A stretch of 64,000 bases of DNA from contig JAZDKB010000018.1 in the NCBI GenBank assembly GCA_043803405.1, forward strand, positions 229,935-293,934, in the 5' to 3' direction. The position numbers and the translations under genes were made by a program. Origin of the DNA: Spirochaetota bacterium (GTDB lineage Bacteria > Spirochaetota > UBA4802 > JAFGDQ01). Positions within the stretch are counted from its first letter, which is position 1, and each line of letters opens with the position of its first letter. The notes beneath the pieces are model-generated. The model did not search any database. It saw nothing but the letters and a program-made list of their open reading frames with translations, and was not told where the DNA came from. Positions 23,397-34,109 of the stretch are shown one piece after another.

Positions 23397-23480
23397 GCCG
23401 AAGTGGTGAAATTGGTAGACGCAGCGGACTCAAAATCCGCCGGGGGTAACCCCATGAGGGTTCGATTCCCTCCTTCGGCA
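23397..23480 (+). tRNA. tRNA-Leu(CAA)
   Basis: GCCGAAG/CTTCGGC acceptor stem, GCGGA-CT-CAA-AA-TCCGC anticodon arm, long variable arm, GGTTCGATT T-loop. Confidence 0.96.
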
Positions 23481-23680
23481 ATTTTCAATTTCCCCGCTTC
23501 ACATTAGTTGCTATGCATCATTCAGCCGGTTGTAATCATTATAATTAACAAATAAATTCAATATTTTATTGTCGAATAATACATTATTGTTTATAATATC
23601 ATATAGAGTAAAATTTACAAATTAAATTATTTATTTAGTTTGTTACAATATAACATAATAAATTTGCAGGTTAATAATAT

Positions 23681-25192
23681 ATGAGTAATCCATTATATGA
23701 ATCGAAAAATGAATGGGAAGAAATTTCCAGTGCAATGTCAAATAAAAGCGCTAAAGCGGAAGCTGACCCGGTCGGCTCCAAACCTGGTGTTCCGAGAAAG
23801 GATTCAATTTTAAGATTTAATCTTAAACCGGAAGAACTGGAAAGCTACCTTAATAGATATATAGTAGGCCAGGAGGAAGCTGTTGAGGTTATAGCGACCA
23901 AGGTCTGCACTCATTTTAACAGGATGGAAATTGAGAAATCTATCCCTGAAGATGAAAAAATAGTCGGCAACATAAAAAGCAATATGCTGCTTGTAGGGCC
24001 TACAGGCGTCGGTAAGACTTACATTATAAAGCTGATCGCAAAGAAAATAGGCGTTCCCTTTGTAAAAGCCGACGCCACAAAATTCAGCGAAACAGGCTAT
24101 GTCGGAGGCGACGTAGAGGACCTGGTAAGGGAGCTTGTACACGAGGCAGACGGCGATATTACCCGGGCCGAATATGGCATCATTTATCTGGATGAAATAG
24201 ATAAGATTGCAGCTTCTGGCAACAGTTATGGACCGGATGTCTCAAGGACCGGAGTGCAGAGAAATCTGCTTAAACTCATGGAAGAGGCCGAAGTAGATCT
24301 GAAGACGCCTCATGACCTTGCTTCGCAGGTTGAAGCTGCAATGGAAGCCCAGAAAACAGGCAAGGTGACAAGAAAAAAAATAAACACGAGGAACATATTG
24401 TTTATCGTATCCGGCGCGTTTAATTCTCTGGAAGAGATCATCAAGAAAAGACTCAACAGGCAATCAATCGGCTTTGACAAAGAACATAATGCATGTGAAG
24501 AAAAAAAGAATATTTTCAGGGAAGTCAAAACCGAAGACCTCATAAAATACGGTTTTGAATCGGAATTTATCGGCAGGCTTCCTGTTACGGTTCTATTGAA
24601 TGAACTCGAAGAAGACGGTTTGTATAAAATTCTAAAGAATAAATACAGTAGCGTTGTGCTGGGCAAAAAGCTGGACTTTAAAGCATACGGCATCGATCTT
24701 GATTTTACTGATGAAGCTTTAAAAATACTGGCAAAAAGAGCATGCCAGGAAAAAACCGGCGCCCGCGGACTTTTAAGCGTTTTTGAGAATGCTTTAATTA
24801 AGTTTGAAAAAACGCTGCCGTCAACAAATATAACGGCGATTTTAATAAACAAAGACGTAGTGGAAAATCCGGAAAAAGAGCTGCAGAAGATGCTTTTAAT
24901 TTTTATTGAGGATGATATTAAAAAATTCCAGAGGGATTTTTTAATAAATCACGGGATATTCCTGGAATTTGAAAAAGATGCAATAGACTCAATAAAGGAT
25001 TTCGCGCTTAAAAACAATAAAAGTATTAAGCAGATATGCAGCGATTCTTTTCATGATTATCATTTCGGGATTAAGCTTATGGAAAAGGATACATTTACGA
25101 TAAGCAAAGAAGCTGTATTAAGTCCCAATGAATATTTGAATAATTATATAAAGAAAAATTATAAGAAAGAACCTGTGGAAAACAAGAGTTAG
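23681..25192 (+). CDS. clpX: ClpX-like AAA+ ATPase (no N-terminal Zn finger, C-terminal extension)
   Basis: GPTGVGKT, SETGYVGGDVE, YLDEIDKI, SIGF loop, TGARGL. Confidence 0.75.
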   Translation: MSNPLYESKNEWEEISSAMSNKSAKAEADPVGSKPGVPRKDSILRFNLKPEELESYLNRYIVGQEEAVEVIATKVCTHFNRMEIEKSIPEDEKIVGNIKSNMLLVGPTGVGKTYIIKLIAKKIGVPFVKADATKFSETGYVGGDVEDLVRELVHEADGDITRAEYGIIYLDEIDKIAASGNSYGPDVSRTGVQRNLLKLMEEAEVDLKTPHDLASQVEAAMEAQKTGKVTRKKINTRNILFIVSGAFNSLEEIIKKRLNRQSIGFDKEHNACEEKKNIFREVKTEDLIKYGFESEFIGRLPVTVLLNELEEDGLYKILKNKYSSVVLGKKLDFKAYGIDLDFTDEALKILAKRACQEKTGARGLLSVFENALIKFEKTLPSTNITAILINKDVVENPEKELQKMLLIFIEDDIKKFQRDFLINHGIFLEFEKDAIDSIKDFALKNNKSIKQICSDSFHDYHFGIKLMEKDTFTISKEAVLSPNEYLNNYIKKNYKKEPVENKS

Positions 25193-25251
25193 CAATAATC
25201 AGTTAAATCTAACATCTTGCGCGACTTTTCTGGCGGGATATAATATTCATA

Positions 25252-25317
25252 AATTTTCCGCCAGAAATACCCCATCCATGGACTCTGCGGCGGTCGGCAA
25301 CCTCTTGTTTCCTTAAA
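25252..25317. repeat. Dispersed repeat, copy 1 (CCCCATCCATGGACTC core)
   Basis: About 65 bp closely similar to 52489-52554. Confidence 0.75.
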
Positions 25318-26242
25318 TCTGTTTTACTTTGATCCCGTACTTCTTAATTTTGTTAACGAGCGCTTTGCCGGATAATTTCAGCTTTTTTGCGGTTTCCGGA
25401 ATGCTGTTATTATTTTGCCGTATGGCATCGACAATAATTGATCTCTCTGCCGATTCGAGCATTTCATTCAATGACATTGTGTTCATATTGATTCCGGGAA
25501 AGCTTACGCCCGAAGTTCCGCCCAGGGAATTATCAATATATATCAAATAGCCGACATTCTTCCCGTCTGAAACAAGTTGCATCTTTTCATAATAAAACAT
25601 CATGTCTTTATTATAAAAATACATTTCTTTATTATCCTTCTTTTTATAAAAGAAGTCGTTTTTGTCCGGATTGCTTAATGTCGCTTCAATAAAACCTGCA
25701 TCCACATCCTTGCCTGAATGTTTATTATACAAATCTTCAAAATGGCTGTTATAGAAAATTGTTTTGCCTTTTTCGTTTAAAGCGTATAATGGCCGCGGGA
25801 TATGTTCCAGTACAAGATAAATCATCCATTCGAGCACCTGTTCTTCCCTGTGCTTCGGAGCTTCCTTGTCGGTTTTTCCGCCCGATTGCTCGCAGGCAGC
25901 AAAGAGATCGAGCCTTGACCATTTTCCGTATATGTCGCCGAATAAATTAATGACTATGAATTCCTTTACATTACCGACAACCGGCAGCAGTTCGTCCAGC
26001 GTCATTTTTTTTGAAATCTTGATTATAAAAGCGTCTATTTTCTGCTTTCCTACTCTTTCAAGGTCGGATAATTCGGAAATGACGCTTTCCTTGGTAAGAA
26101 TGCCTAGAAGAAGTCCTCGTTTGGATACGACCGGGATGATTGGAACATTATTTAAATAGAAGAGCCTTACTATTTCTTCGGGCCCTTTGCTTTCAGGATT
26201 ATAAGGATTCTCTTCAAACTTTACAAACTCGTTTTGAGTCAT
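25313..26242 (-). CDS. Putative regulator: CBS-like N-terminus, PAS-like middle, C-terminal Fis-type HTH
   Basis: IPVVSKRGLLLGILT; AERSIIVDAIRQNNNSIPETAKKLKLSGKALVNKIKKYGI. Confidence 0.7.
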   Translation of the reverse strand: MTQNEFVKFEENPYNPESKGPEEIVRLFYLNNVPIIPVVSKRGLLLGILTKESVISELSDLERVGKQKIDAFIIKISKKMTLDELLPVVGNVKEFIVINLFGDIYGKWSRLDLFAACEQSGGKTDKEAPKHREEQVLEWMIYLVLEHIPRPLYALNEKGKTIFYNSHFEDLYNKHSGKDVDAGFIEATLSNPDKNDFFYKKKDNKEMYFYNKDMMFYYEKMQLVSDGKNVGYLIYIDNSLGGTSGVSFPGINMNTMSLNEMLESAERSIIVDAIRQNNNSIPETAKKLKLSGKALVNKIKKYGIKVKQI

Positions 26243-27037
26243 TTACAACCCCAGAACATTATTCATGTCGTATAATCCAGGATCCCTGGACGATAAATAT
26301 TCCATTGCTAAAACAGCGCCCCTGGCAAGATTTTCCCTTGATGTAAGTTTATGAGTAAGTTCAATACGCTCGCCCATACCGACAAAATATACAGTATGTT
26401 CGCCTACTATGTCTCCGCCACGCAATACCTGGATGCCGATTTCTTTGTTGCTGCGTTTTTCAATTTTTTGACTTCTGTCATAGGCTAAAGGCGCATCCTT
26501 TAAATTTGCTACTGTATTTTTGATAATTTCTACTAATTTCTTTGCCGTGCCGGAAGGGGCATCTATCTTTTGCCTGTGATGAGCTTCGAATACTTCTATA
26601 TCGAAATCACCGAGAACTTTTGCAGTCATTTCAGTAAGTTTAAAAAGCAAATTTACGCCTAATGACATATTAGGAGTAAAAAACACAGGCATATATTTGG
26701 ATGCGTCTTTTATTTTTACTTTCTCTTCTTCGGAAAATCCTGTTGTACCTATTACCAGGGGCTTTTTGATCTCTTTCATAATGTCGAGCAGTGTAAGAGT
26801 TGCTTTAGGATTGGAGAAATCGATAATTCCATCTATACCGGCCAAATCGTTTTTATTAATCGGGTTTATTATTACATTAAGATTCCCACCCTGAGCCAGA
26901 AAACCGGCATCTTTCCCAATGTGCGGGTACGCATCCATCTCAAAGGCCACTCCAAGAGAATGTCCCTTCTCCAGAAGAAGGCCGAGAATCGCCCTGCCCA
27001 TCTTTCCGCCTATACCGCATATCCCGACTTTCAACAT
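26243..27037 (-). CDS. dapB: 4-hydroxy-tetrahydrodipicolinate reductase
   Basis: GIGGKMG, IGTTG, EAHHRQKIDAPSGTA. Confidence 0.97.
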   Translation of the reverse strand: MLKVGICGIGGKMGRAILGLLLEKGHSLGVAFEMDAYPHIGKDAGFLAQGGNLNVIINPINKNDLAGIDGIIDFSNPKATLTLLDIMKEIKKPLVIGTTGFSEEEKVKIKDASKYMPVFFTPNMSLGVNLLFKLTEMTAKVLGDFDIEVFEAHHRQKIDAPSGTAKKLVEIIKNTVANLKDAPLAYDRSQKIEKRSNKEIGIQVLRGGDIVGEHTVYFVGMGERIELTHKLTSRENLARGAVLAMEYLSSRDPGLYDMNNVLGL

Positions 27038-27040
27038 ACC

Positions 27041-27928
27041 CTATACCTTTAATCCATAAGCAGAAAGCGTCTGCTTTAATATCATTCTGTTTTCATCTGA
27101 AAGGGACACAAGTGGAAGCCGAACATCCGAAGAACAATAACCAAGCATTTCCATTGCAGCTTTAACAGGGATCGGGTTCGTTTCAATAAATATAACTCTC
27201 ATAACAGGAAGTATTTTATAAAAAAGTTTTCTTGCATCATCGAATTTTTTTTCATTAAAAAGCGATACGATTTTCTTTACATCTGCGGGCAGAAAATTCG
27301 AAGCAACTGAAATTATGCCTTTGCCCCCGATTGCCAGTACAGGCAGAAGCAGAGTGTCGTCGCCGGAAAGCAGCGTAAGCTTATCGCCGCAAAGTTCAAT
27401 GACCCTCATCATCTGCACTATATCTCCGGATGCTTCCTTTATTGCTGTAATATTATTTACTCTTTTGAGCAGCTCAGCTACGTTTTCGGGCAGAAAATTT
27501 ACCGCGGTTCTGCCCGGAATATTATACAGAATAATGGGAATCGAAACTGATTTTGCAATAGCTTCAAAATGAGCGATAAGCCCTCTCTGGGTCGGCTTGT
27601 TATAGTAAGGGTTTACAAGCAATGCGCCGTCAACACCGTAGTCGGCTGCCGCTTTTGTAAGATGAATGGCTTCTTCGGTTGAATTCGCACCTGTGCCTGC
27701 AACTACCTTTGCCCTTTTTCCTACAAGCTTAACTACTTTCTTAACGAACTCTTTATGCTCGTCAAAAGAGGCAGTGGGAGATTCGCCGGTAGTGCCCATC
27801 GGGACTATGCCGTCTACTCCGCCGGCTATCTGCATTTCAATAATTTTTTCCAGCGCATCATAGTTAATTTTACCGTCTTTAAACGGCGTAACCAGCGCTG
27901 TATAAACTCCTTCGAACATGTGTGTCAC
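27041..27928 (-). CDS. dapA: 4-hydroxy-tetrahydrodipicolinate synthase
   Basis: GTTGESPT, YNIPGRT, IKEASG, ETNPIPVK. Confidence 0.97.
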   Translation of the reverse strand: MTHMFEGVYTALVTPFKDGKINYDALEKIIEMQIAGGVDGIVPMGTTGESPTASFDEHKEFVKKVVKLVGKRAKVVAGTGANSTEEAIHLTKAAADYGVDGALLVNPYYNKPTQRGLIAHFEAIAKSVSIPIILYNIPGRTAVNFLPENVAELLKRVNNITAIKEASGDIVQMMRVIELCGDKLTLLSGDDTLLLPVLAIGGKGIISVASNFLPADVKKIVSLFNEKKFDDARKLFYKILPVMRVIFIETNPIPVKAAMEMLGYCSSDVRLPLVSLSDENRMILKQTLSAYGLKV

Positions 27929-27963
27929 CTTATATGATTATTATTAATAACCGCTTATGCGTT

Positions 27964-28326
27964 TCATTTCTTCGCTATATCGATCTTTTTATAAAGCTTT
28001 TCTTCAAATACCTGCATTTTAAATCTTGATTTTTCAAAGTCATCTTCAAACATATATAAAATCAGCGTTCTTTCAGCTTTGACAAAATCCATTCCTGCAG
28101 GGTAACAGTACACTTTAACCGACTCGTCGCTTGTCTGAATTAATAACTTAATCCTTGTGCCTTTTTTTAAAAAACGAACACCATCTCCGGCGTCGTCTTT
28201 TAGTATATATTCTCTTTTCTCAAAATCTTTAATATTCGGAATATCTTCTTTTTGCAAAAAAGTTGTGCATGAAATGAACAACAAACTATATATAATGATT
28301 AAAATAACAGGATTTATTTTTTTCAA
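27964..28326 (-). CDS. Small lipoprotein resembling the Leptospira 'type II secretion-associated lipoprotein' family
   Basis: Lipobox LFISC; LKKG..IKL..VKVYCYPA pattern (recalled similarity). Confidence 0.6.
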   Translation of the reverse strand: MKKINPVILIIIYSLLFISCTTFLQKEDIPNIKDFEKREYILKDDAGDGVRFLKKGTRIKLLIQTSDESVKVYCYPAGMDFVKAERTLILYMFEDDFEKSRFKMQVFEEKLYKKIDIAKK

Positions 28327-28657
28327 CTTAATATCCTTTACCGACCGGCAATATAATTACTGCAGAATTGTTTTCCGGAATTTTATATAACTATTTTCAA
28401 CAGATGCAGCAACTCAATTATGCTTTATAAGAAAATGAGTTAATATTGATAAGCGTCTTATGTCAAGAATTTATTATGCAGCATAAGCGTTTTAGATAAT
28501 AATTGATCTGCTGAAACAGGCTTTATTTAAGGATATTATTTATTGCCGGATTGACTTCGCGGATAAAAATATAGTACTGTTGCATAGTCCGAAAATATAT
28601 AATTTTTTTGTTGACATAAGGGCGCTGTGATATAGTGGACTTATAAGATTTATTTGA

Positions 28658-28741
28658 GCCCAGGTGGTGGAATTTGGTAGACACGCATGGTTGAGGGCCA
28701 TGTGGGAATATCCTGTGCGGGTTCGAGTCCCGCCCTGGGCA
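28658..28741 (+). tRNA. tRNA-Leu(GAG)
   Basis: GCCCAGG/CCTGGGC acceptor, CATGG-TT-GAG-GG-CCATG anticodon arm, GGTTCGAGT. Confidence 0.96.
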
Positions 28742-28883
28742 TATTTCCTGTGCATTAAGAACCTGCTTATCTTTACCGTTTATTCCCCGCTGGTTAAACC
28801 TTAAATCCGGCAAAAAAATTTAAATCCATATCAATTCAAAACCGGTGTTTCATCGGGGAATAAATATAATTTAAGGATCAATT

Positions 28884-29855
28884 ATGAAAAGCCAGATTAA
28901 AAAACCTTTGTCATTTATAATAATTTTCTTTATCCTTTCATGTTCAAGCTATTCTGTAAAAACAGACATTAAAGATAATTCCTCTTTAAAAAAAATAAAA
29001 AATGCAGGTGTTATTTTCAGGATTTCAAAAGGAAGTAAAATAACAAAACAGGAATCAACAGAAAACCTTTTATACTGGTTAAGCGTTTACGAAAAGAAAA
29101 GAAATGTAAAGGTTATAGCTGACGCAGGCGACCAGCTTACCTATTTTCAGAATCCCCAGCAAAGATTTTATCAGCTTTCCAATGAAAACGAATATCTGTC
29201 ATACAAATCAATGGGTGTGCTTAACCTGTACCTGCAGAACAATCAGAATGAACTGTTGAACATTATTTCAAAAAACAATCTTGACGGCATAATAATATTT
29301 GAGGTGTTTTGCGTTATTTCCACTCAAATGCAGTTCTTTGAATTCGAATCTGTTGTCGCTGTCGCGGATTCAAATTTGAACATAGCATACCTAGATCATC
29401 AGATAGATTATTTTGAGTCGCAAAGTTCTTCTTTGAATGATCTGAAGAACCAGGCAATGGATAAGATAAATGACAGGCTTATGGAAAGACTGCATAATAT
29501 GGATTTTTTAGGCGGCAAAACCGAAGGCGAGAGAAAGATAATTGCTAAACCGGTTGAGATAAGCAAGCCGGCAGAAAAGAAGCCGGAAAAAACCACAGAG
29601 AAACCGGTAGAGAAACAAGCGGAAAAGAAAGCTGAAAAGCCAGCAGAAAAAACTAGTGAACAACCTGCAGAAAAGAAACCTGAAAAGAAAATAAATAGTA
29701 CGATTGAAAAATCTCCGGAGAGTGCAATAAAACCGGTAGAAAAACCTGCTGAGAAGCCGCAGGAAACTCATAAAGATATTAAGACAGAAATTAAAACCCG
29801 CGATACCTCAGAAGCTTCTTCAATAATAACAGCACCGACGCAGGAAACAAAATAA
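28884..29855 (+). CDS. Lipoprotein with C-terminal PAEK/PEK low-complexity repeats
   Basis: Lipobox ILSC; repeated KPAEKK/KPVEK units. Confidence 0.8.
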   Translation: MKSQIKKPLSFIIIFFILSCSSYSVKTDIKDNSSLKKIKNAGVIFRISKGSKITKQESTENLLYWLSVYEKKRNVKVIADAGDQLTYFQNPQQRFYQLSNENEYLSYKSMGVLNLYLQNNQNELLNIISKNNLDGIIIFEVFCVISTQMQFFEFESVVAVADSNLNIAYLDHQIDYFESQSSSLNDLKNQAMDKINDRLMERLHNMDFLGGKTEGERKIIAKPVEISKPAEKKPEKTTEKPVEKQAEKKAEKPAEKTSEQPAEKKPEKKINSTIEKSPESAIKPVEKPAEKPQETHKDIKTEIKTRDTSEASSIITAPTQETK

Positions 29856-29924
29856 AAATAAGATAAAGCCAAGCCCTTCGAAAAGAAATAAAGCAACGAG
29901 TATAATAATATTTCTTTAGAGGGA

Positions 29925-30274
<350 letters not shown>

Positions 30275-30551
30275 CTCGGAAACAAGGTACACAGAAAAAA
30301 AGACACTGTCAACTGTTAACTTACTATGATTATTTTTTTTATAAAAAACACCGTTGCAAATTCTGCTTTCATATTCCGAAAATTCATCCGTAGCATTAAA
30401 TTGTTCTTGTAATTAGTAATATTTTGATAAAATAGTATGAATTTGTACTTAGATTTGTTGATCGTATTTACGATCTCAAAATTTGATAGAATTAAATAAA
30501 ATTTCGAGGACTGGGGGCTTGCCCCGGGGAATTTTATTTTACAGGATAATT

Positions 30552-31487
30552 ATGAATTTTAGAAACATCAGCCTGATTTTTATTCTATTTATTTTATTCG
30601 GATGCGCGGACAGCAAACAGAACAGCAGGATTACTGTTATTGCAACGCTTTTTCCACAGTATGATTTTGCTAAACAGATAGTTAAAGATAAAGCCGATGT
30701 CCGGCTGCTGATCCCTCCCGGGATAGAAGCCCATACTTATGAACCTACTCCCAGAGATATTTCGGAGATAAGAAAAGCCGGTGTTTTTATTTATACCGGC
30801 GAATATATGGAGCCGTGGTCGCTAAAATTAATACAGACAGTAAAAAATAATTCGCTCATAATTGTCGACGCGAGCGCGGGGATTCACCTGATGGACGAGT
30901 CGGAAGAACCGGGTCATGAACACGGTAAAGGGAATCAAAGTGCTGAACACGAACGCGGGACCAAGGACCCGCATATTTGGGTTGATCCGGTTCTGGCAAA
31001 AAGAATGGCTGAGAATGTCCTTGTAGGTTTAATAAAAGCAAATCCTGAAAACGAATCATTCTACAAAGCAAATGCGGATTCTCTTATAAAAGAGCTTGAC
31101 AGGCTTAACACGGAATTTACCGATCTTTTTAAAAAAGTAAAGTATAAAACAATTATTCACGGCGGGCATTTTACATTCGGTTATTTTTCAAAAAGATACG
31201 GCTTGAAATACATTTCTCCTTACAGCGGTTTTTCTCCGAATGCCGAGCCTTCGCCGCAAAAGATAGCAGAACTGATAAAAACGATTAAAGCAACAGGCTT
31301 AAAAATAATATATTATGAAGAGCTTATAGACCCGAAAGCCGCCAGAGTTATTTCGCGACAGACAGGAGCAAAAATGCTTTTGCTTCACGGAGCGCATAAT
31401 GTGTCCGGAGAAGAGATTAATACGGGCGTAACTTATGTATCGATTATGCGCGGGAATCTTGAGCGATTAAGGGAAGGGCTTAACTAA
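30552..31487 (+). CDS. znuA: Zn/Mn ABC transporter substrate-binding lipoprotein
   Basis: LFGC lipobox, EAHTYEPTP, His-rich loop, DPHIW. Confidence 0.88.
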   Translation: MNFRNISLIFILFILFGCADSKQNSRITVIATLFPQYDFAKQIVKDKADVRLLIPPGIEAHTYEPTPRDISEIRKAGVFIYTGEYMEPWSLKLIQTVKNNSLIIVDASAGIHLMDESEEPGHEHGKGNQSAEHERGTKDPHIWVDPVLAKRMAENVLVGLIKANPENESFYKANADSLIKELDRLNTEFTDLFKKVKYKTIIHGGHFTFGYFSKRYGLKYISPYSGFSPNAEPSPQKIAELIKTIKATGLKIIYYEELIDPKAARVISRQTGAKMLLLHGAHNVSGEEINTGVTYVSIMRGNLERLREGLN

Positions 31488-31494
31488 AAAATAA

Positions 31495-32235
31495 ATGAAC
31501 ATACTTGAGTTAAAAAATGTCTCGGTATCTTACGGCAAATTCAGTGCAGTAACTGGCGTCACATTAAGCGTAGCTGAAGGCGACTACATTGGAGTGGTCG
31601 GGCCCAACGGCTCAGGCAAAACGACTTTAATGAAGGCCATCCTGGGGCTTGTACCTGTTTCGGAAGGCACTATAAGCATATTGAACGGTGAAAATAAAAA
31701 AAGCATAACAGGCTATGTACCACAGAAAAATACCGGCAACGAAAATTATTTTCCTGCCACTGTAAAGGAAATCGTTTCAACAGGACTGCTTGCATCAAAA
31801 AGGGGTATAAAATTCTTTACCAAAAGCGATCACGTTAAAGTGGACTCCATCCTTGAAAAGCTGCGCATAAATGACCTGTGCGGACAGAAAATCGGCAGCC
31901 TCTCGGGCGGGCAGTATCAGCGCGTTCTGCTTGCCCGCGCTCTTGTAAGCGAACCCAGGCTCCTTATACTGGACGAGCCCACCAGCGCGCTTGATCCTGT
32001 TATGCGCAGCGAGCTATATACCCTGCTCTCCGATTTCAACACAGAGAGCGGCGTAACCATTCTCCTTGTGTCTCACGATATCGGCTCCATAGGCAAGTAC
32101 ACCAAGAAGATGCTTTATCTTGACGGACGCCTTGTATTTTTCGGATCGTACGGCGATTTTTGCGGATCGGAAACAATGACCGACTACTTCGGCTTCGAGG
32201 CCCAGCACCGCATCTGCTGGAGGCACAATCAATGA
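31495..32235 (+). CDS. znuC: Metal ABC transporter ATPase
   Basis: GPNGSGKTT, LSGGQYQR, LILDEPT, VSHD. Confidence 0.88.
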   Translation: MNILELKNVSVSYGKFSAVTGVTLSVAEGDYIGVVGPNGSGKTTLMKAILGLVPVSEGTISILNGENKKSITGYVPQKNTGNENYFPATVKEIVSTGLLASKRGIKFFTKSDHVKVDSILEKLRINDLCGQKIGSLSGGQYQRVLLARALVSEPRLLILDEPTSALDPVMRSELYTLLSDFNTESGVTILLVSHDIGSIGKYTKKMLYLDGRLVFFGSYGDFCGSETMTDYFGFEAQHRICWRHNQ

Positions 32236-33056
32236 ACAGCGCGCTGAGCCTTATTGCAGAAGCAATGCGCTATGACTTTATTGTAAGGGCGCTTATAGTG
32301 GGATCGTTCATAGCAATATCATGTTCGTTCCTTGGAATGTTTCTCGTATTGAAGAAATGGTCGCTCATTGGGGACGGCCTTGCGCATGTTTCTTTTGCGG
32401 CTGTTGCAATATCGCTTTTCTTTTCGGCATCGCCGCTTATCCTCACTATGCCGCTTGTGGTAATATCTTCCTTTATTATTTTAAAACTGAACGAGAAAGC
32501 GAGGATCAGCGGGGATGCGGCTATAGGGCTCGTATCCGCGACTGCAGTCTCAATTGGACTTCTGGTCTCGAGCGCCGGGAAAGGGTTCAACGTGGATCTG
32601 TTCAGTTACCTTTTCGGCAGCATCCTGGTTATTGACGAGTCGGATGTAATGGTATCCATTCTACTTTCAGTATGCGTAATCGCTCTTGTGACAATATTTT
32701 ACAATAGTCTTTTTGCAGTAACTTATGACGAGGATTTCGCGAATATTTCCGGCATTAAAAGCAAATTCATTAATTATCTTATTGTAATTTTAACTGCTGT
32801 GACAATTACCGTAGGCATCCGCATAGTCGGGACCATGCTTATCTCCAGCATGATAATATTCCCTCCTGTAAGCACTCTGCAGCTTGGGAGAAGCTTTAAG
32901 CAGACAATAATAATCTCTGCGCTTATTTCGCTATTGTGCGTTATATGCGGAGTATTTTTATCTTACATAATAAACATGCCTACCGGCGCGGTTATTGTAA
33001 TTTTAAATGCTCTGGTATTCATTTTTTTATTTATATTAAAGAGAAAAATATCATGA
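32232..33056 (+). CDS. znuB: Metal ABC transporter permease
   Basis: IGDGLAHVS, YLFGSIL; ATGA overlap with znuC. Confidence 0.88.
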   Translation: MNSALSLIAEAMRYDFIVRALIVGSFIAISCSFLGMFLVLKKWSLIGDGLAHVSFAAVAISLFFSASPLILTMPLVVISSFIILKLNEKARISGDAAIGLVSATAVSIGLLVSSAGKGFNVDLFSYLFGSILVIDESDVMVSILLSVCVIALVTIFYNSLFAVTYDEDFANISGIKSKFINYLIVILTAVTITVGIRIVGTMLISSMIIFPPVSTLQLGRSFKQTIIISALISLLCVICGVFLSYIINMPTGAVIVILNALVFIFLFILKRKIS

Positions 33057-33865
33057 ACTTTTGCGGATATGAAATAACAGGCAGGCAGCGGTTTTTCTTT
33101 ATTGCAGGGCCGTGCATAATTGAATCGCGCGACATGACAATGAGGACTGCCGAAAAATTAAAAGAGATTTCGGAAAGGCTTGGGCTGTTTTTTATTTTTA
33201 AATCTTCCTATGACAAGGCGAACAGGAGTTCGCTTTCTTCGTACAGGGGGCCCGGCCTTGAAAAGGGATTAAAGATATTGTCCGAGGTAAAAGAAAATTT
33301 TAAGATTCCGGTAATAACGGACGTTCATACTGTTGAAGAAACGACTGAAGCCGGCGCAGTTGCGGACGCGCTTCAGATCCCGGCTTTCCTGTGCAGGCAG
33401 ACTGACCTGCTAATAAGCGCCGTAGACACAGGCAGAACCATTAACGTAAAGAAAGGCCAGTTTATTGCGCCGTCCGATACCGAGAATATTGTTGAGAAGC
33501 TGAGGGCGCACGGGTGCGAAAGCTATGCAGTAACTGAACGCGGTTACAGCTTCGGATACAACAACCTGGTTGTGGATATGCGCTCGTTCGGGATAATCCG
33601 GTCGTTCGGCATACCGGTCATATTCGACGCTACTCACTCGACACAGCTTCCGGGCGGCGGAATTGCTTCGGGAGGCGAAAGGGAGTTCGCGCCTTTGCTA
33701 GCGCGTTCGGCCGCAGCAGCAGGCATAGACGGCCTTTTTATGGAAGTGCACGAATCGCCCGAAAGCGCCCTGTGCGATGCCACTAACCAGTATTATCTGG
33801 ACAAGGTTGAAGAACTGCTTAAAGTGCTGATCCGCATTGATGATTATGTAAAGGCTGCAATATAA
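33053..33865 (+). CDS. kdsA: KDO 8-phosphate synthase
   Basis: IAGPCIIES, KSSYDKANRSS, QIPAFLCRQTDL, FDATHS; ATGA overlap with znuB. Confidence 0.96.
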   Translation: MNFCGYEITGRQRFFFIAGPCIIESRDMTMRTAEKLKEISERLGLFFIFKSSYDKANRSSLSSYRGPGLEKGLKILSEVKENFKIPVITDVHTVEETTEAGAVADALQIPAFLCRQTDLLISAVDTGRTINVKKGQFIAPSDTENIVEKLRAHGCESYAVTERGYSFGYNNLVVDMRSFGIIRSFGIPVIFDATHSTQLPGGGIASGGEREFAPLLARSAAAAGIDGLFMEVHESPESALCDATNQYYLDKVEELLKVLIRIDDYVKAAI

Positions 33866-34109
33866 TTTTAATTTCAATTTGCTAATCCATTACCTGATAT
33901 TTGCAAAAAGCAAAGGTCCACTTAGGATCCTGCTGAACGCCTTCTTGGAAGATATAGCAATGGAACACTGGCGTTCATTGCAAAAGACAATAATTTGCAG
34001 CAAGATGTCATCTGAAATAAGTCAGGTGTGAACGGCCGTTCGTTTATGCAGATGTAAACATACAGATTTCTTTCTCGTATTATAATAAAAATGCATTCAG
34101 GAATCATCA

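Noticed and set aside
28523..28813. Minus-strand ORFs over tRNA-Leu(GAG)
   Set aside because: Translations of the tRNA antisense strand.
29550..29765. Repetitive DNA as possible CRISPR or DNA repeat array
   Set aside because: Explained by PAEK peptide repeats; no constant repeat-spacer pattern and no cas genes.
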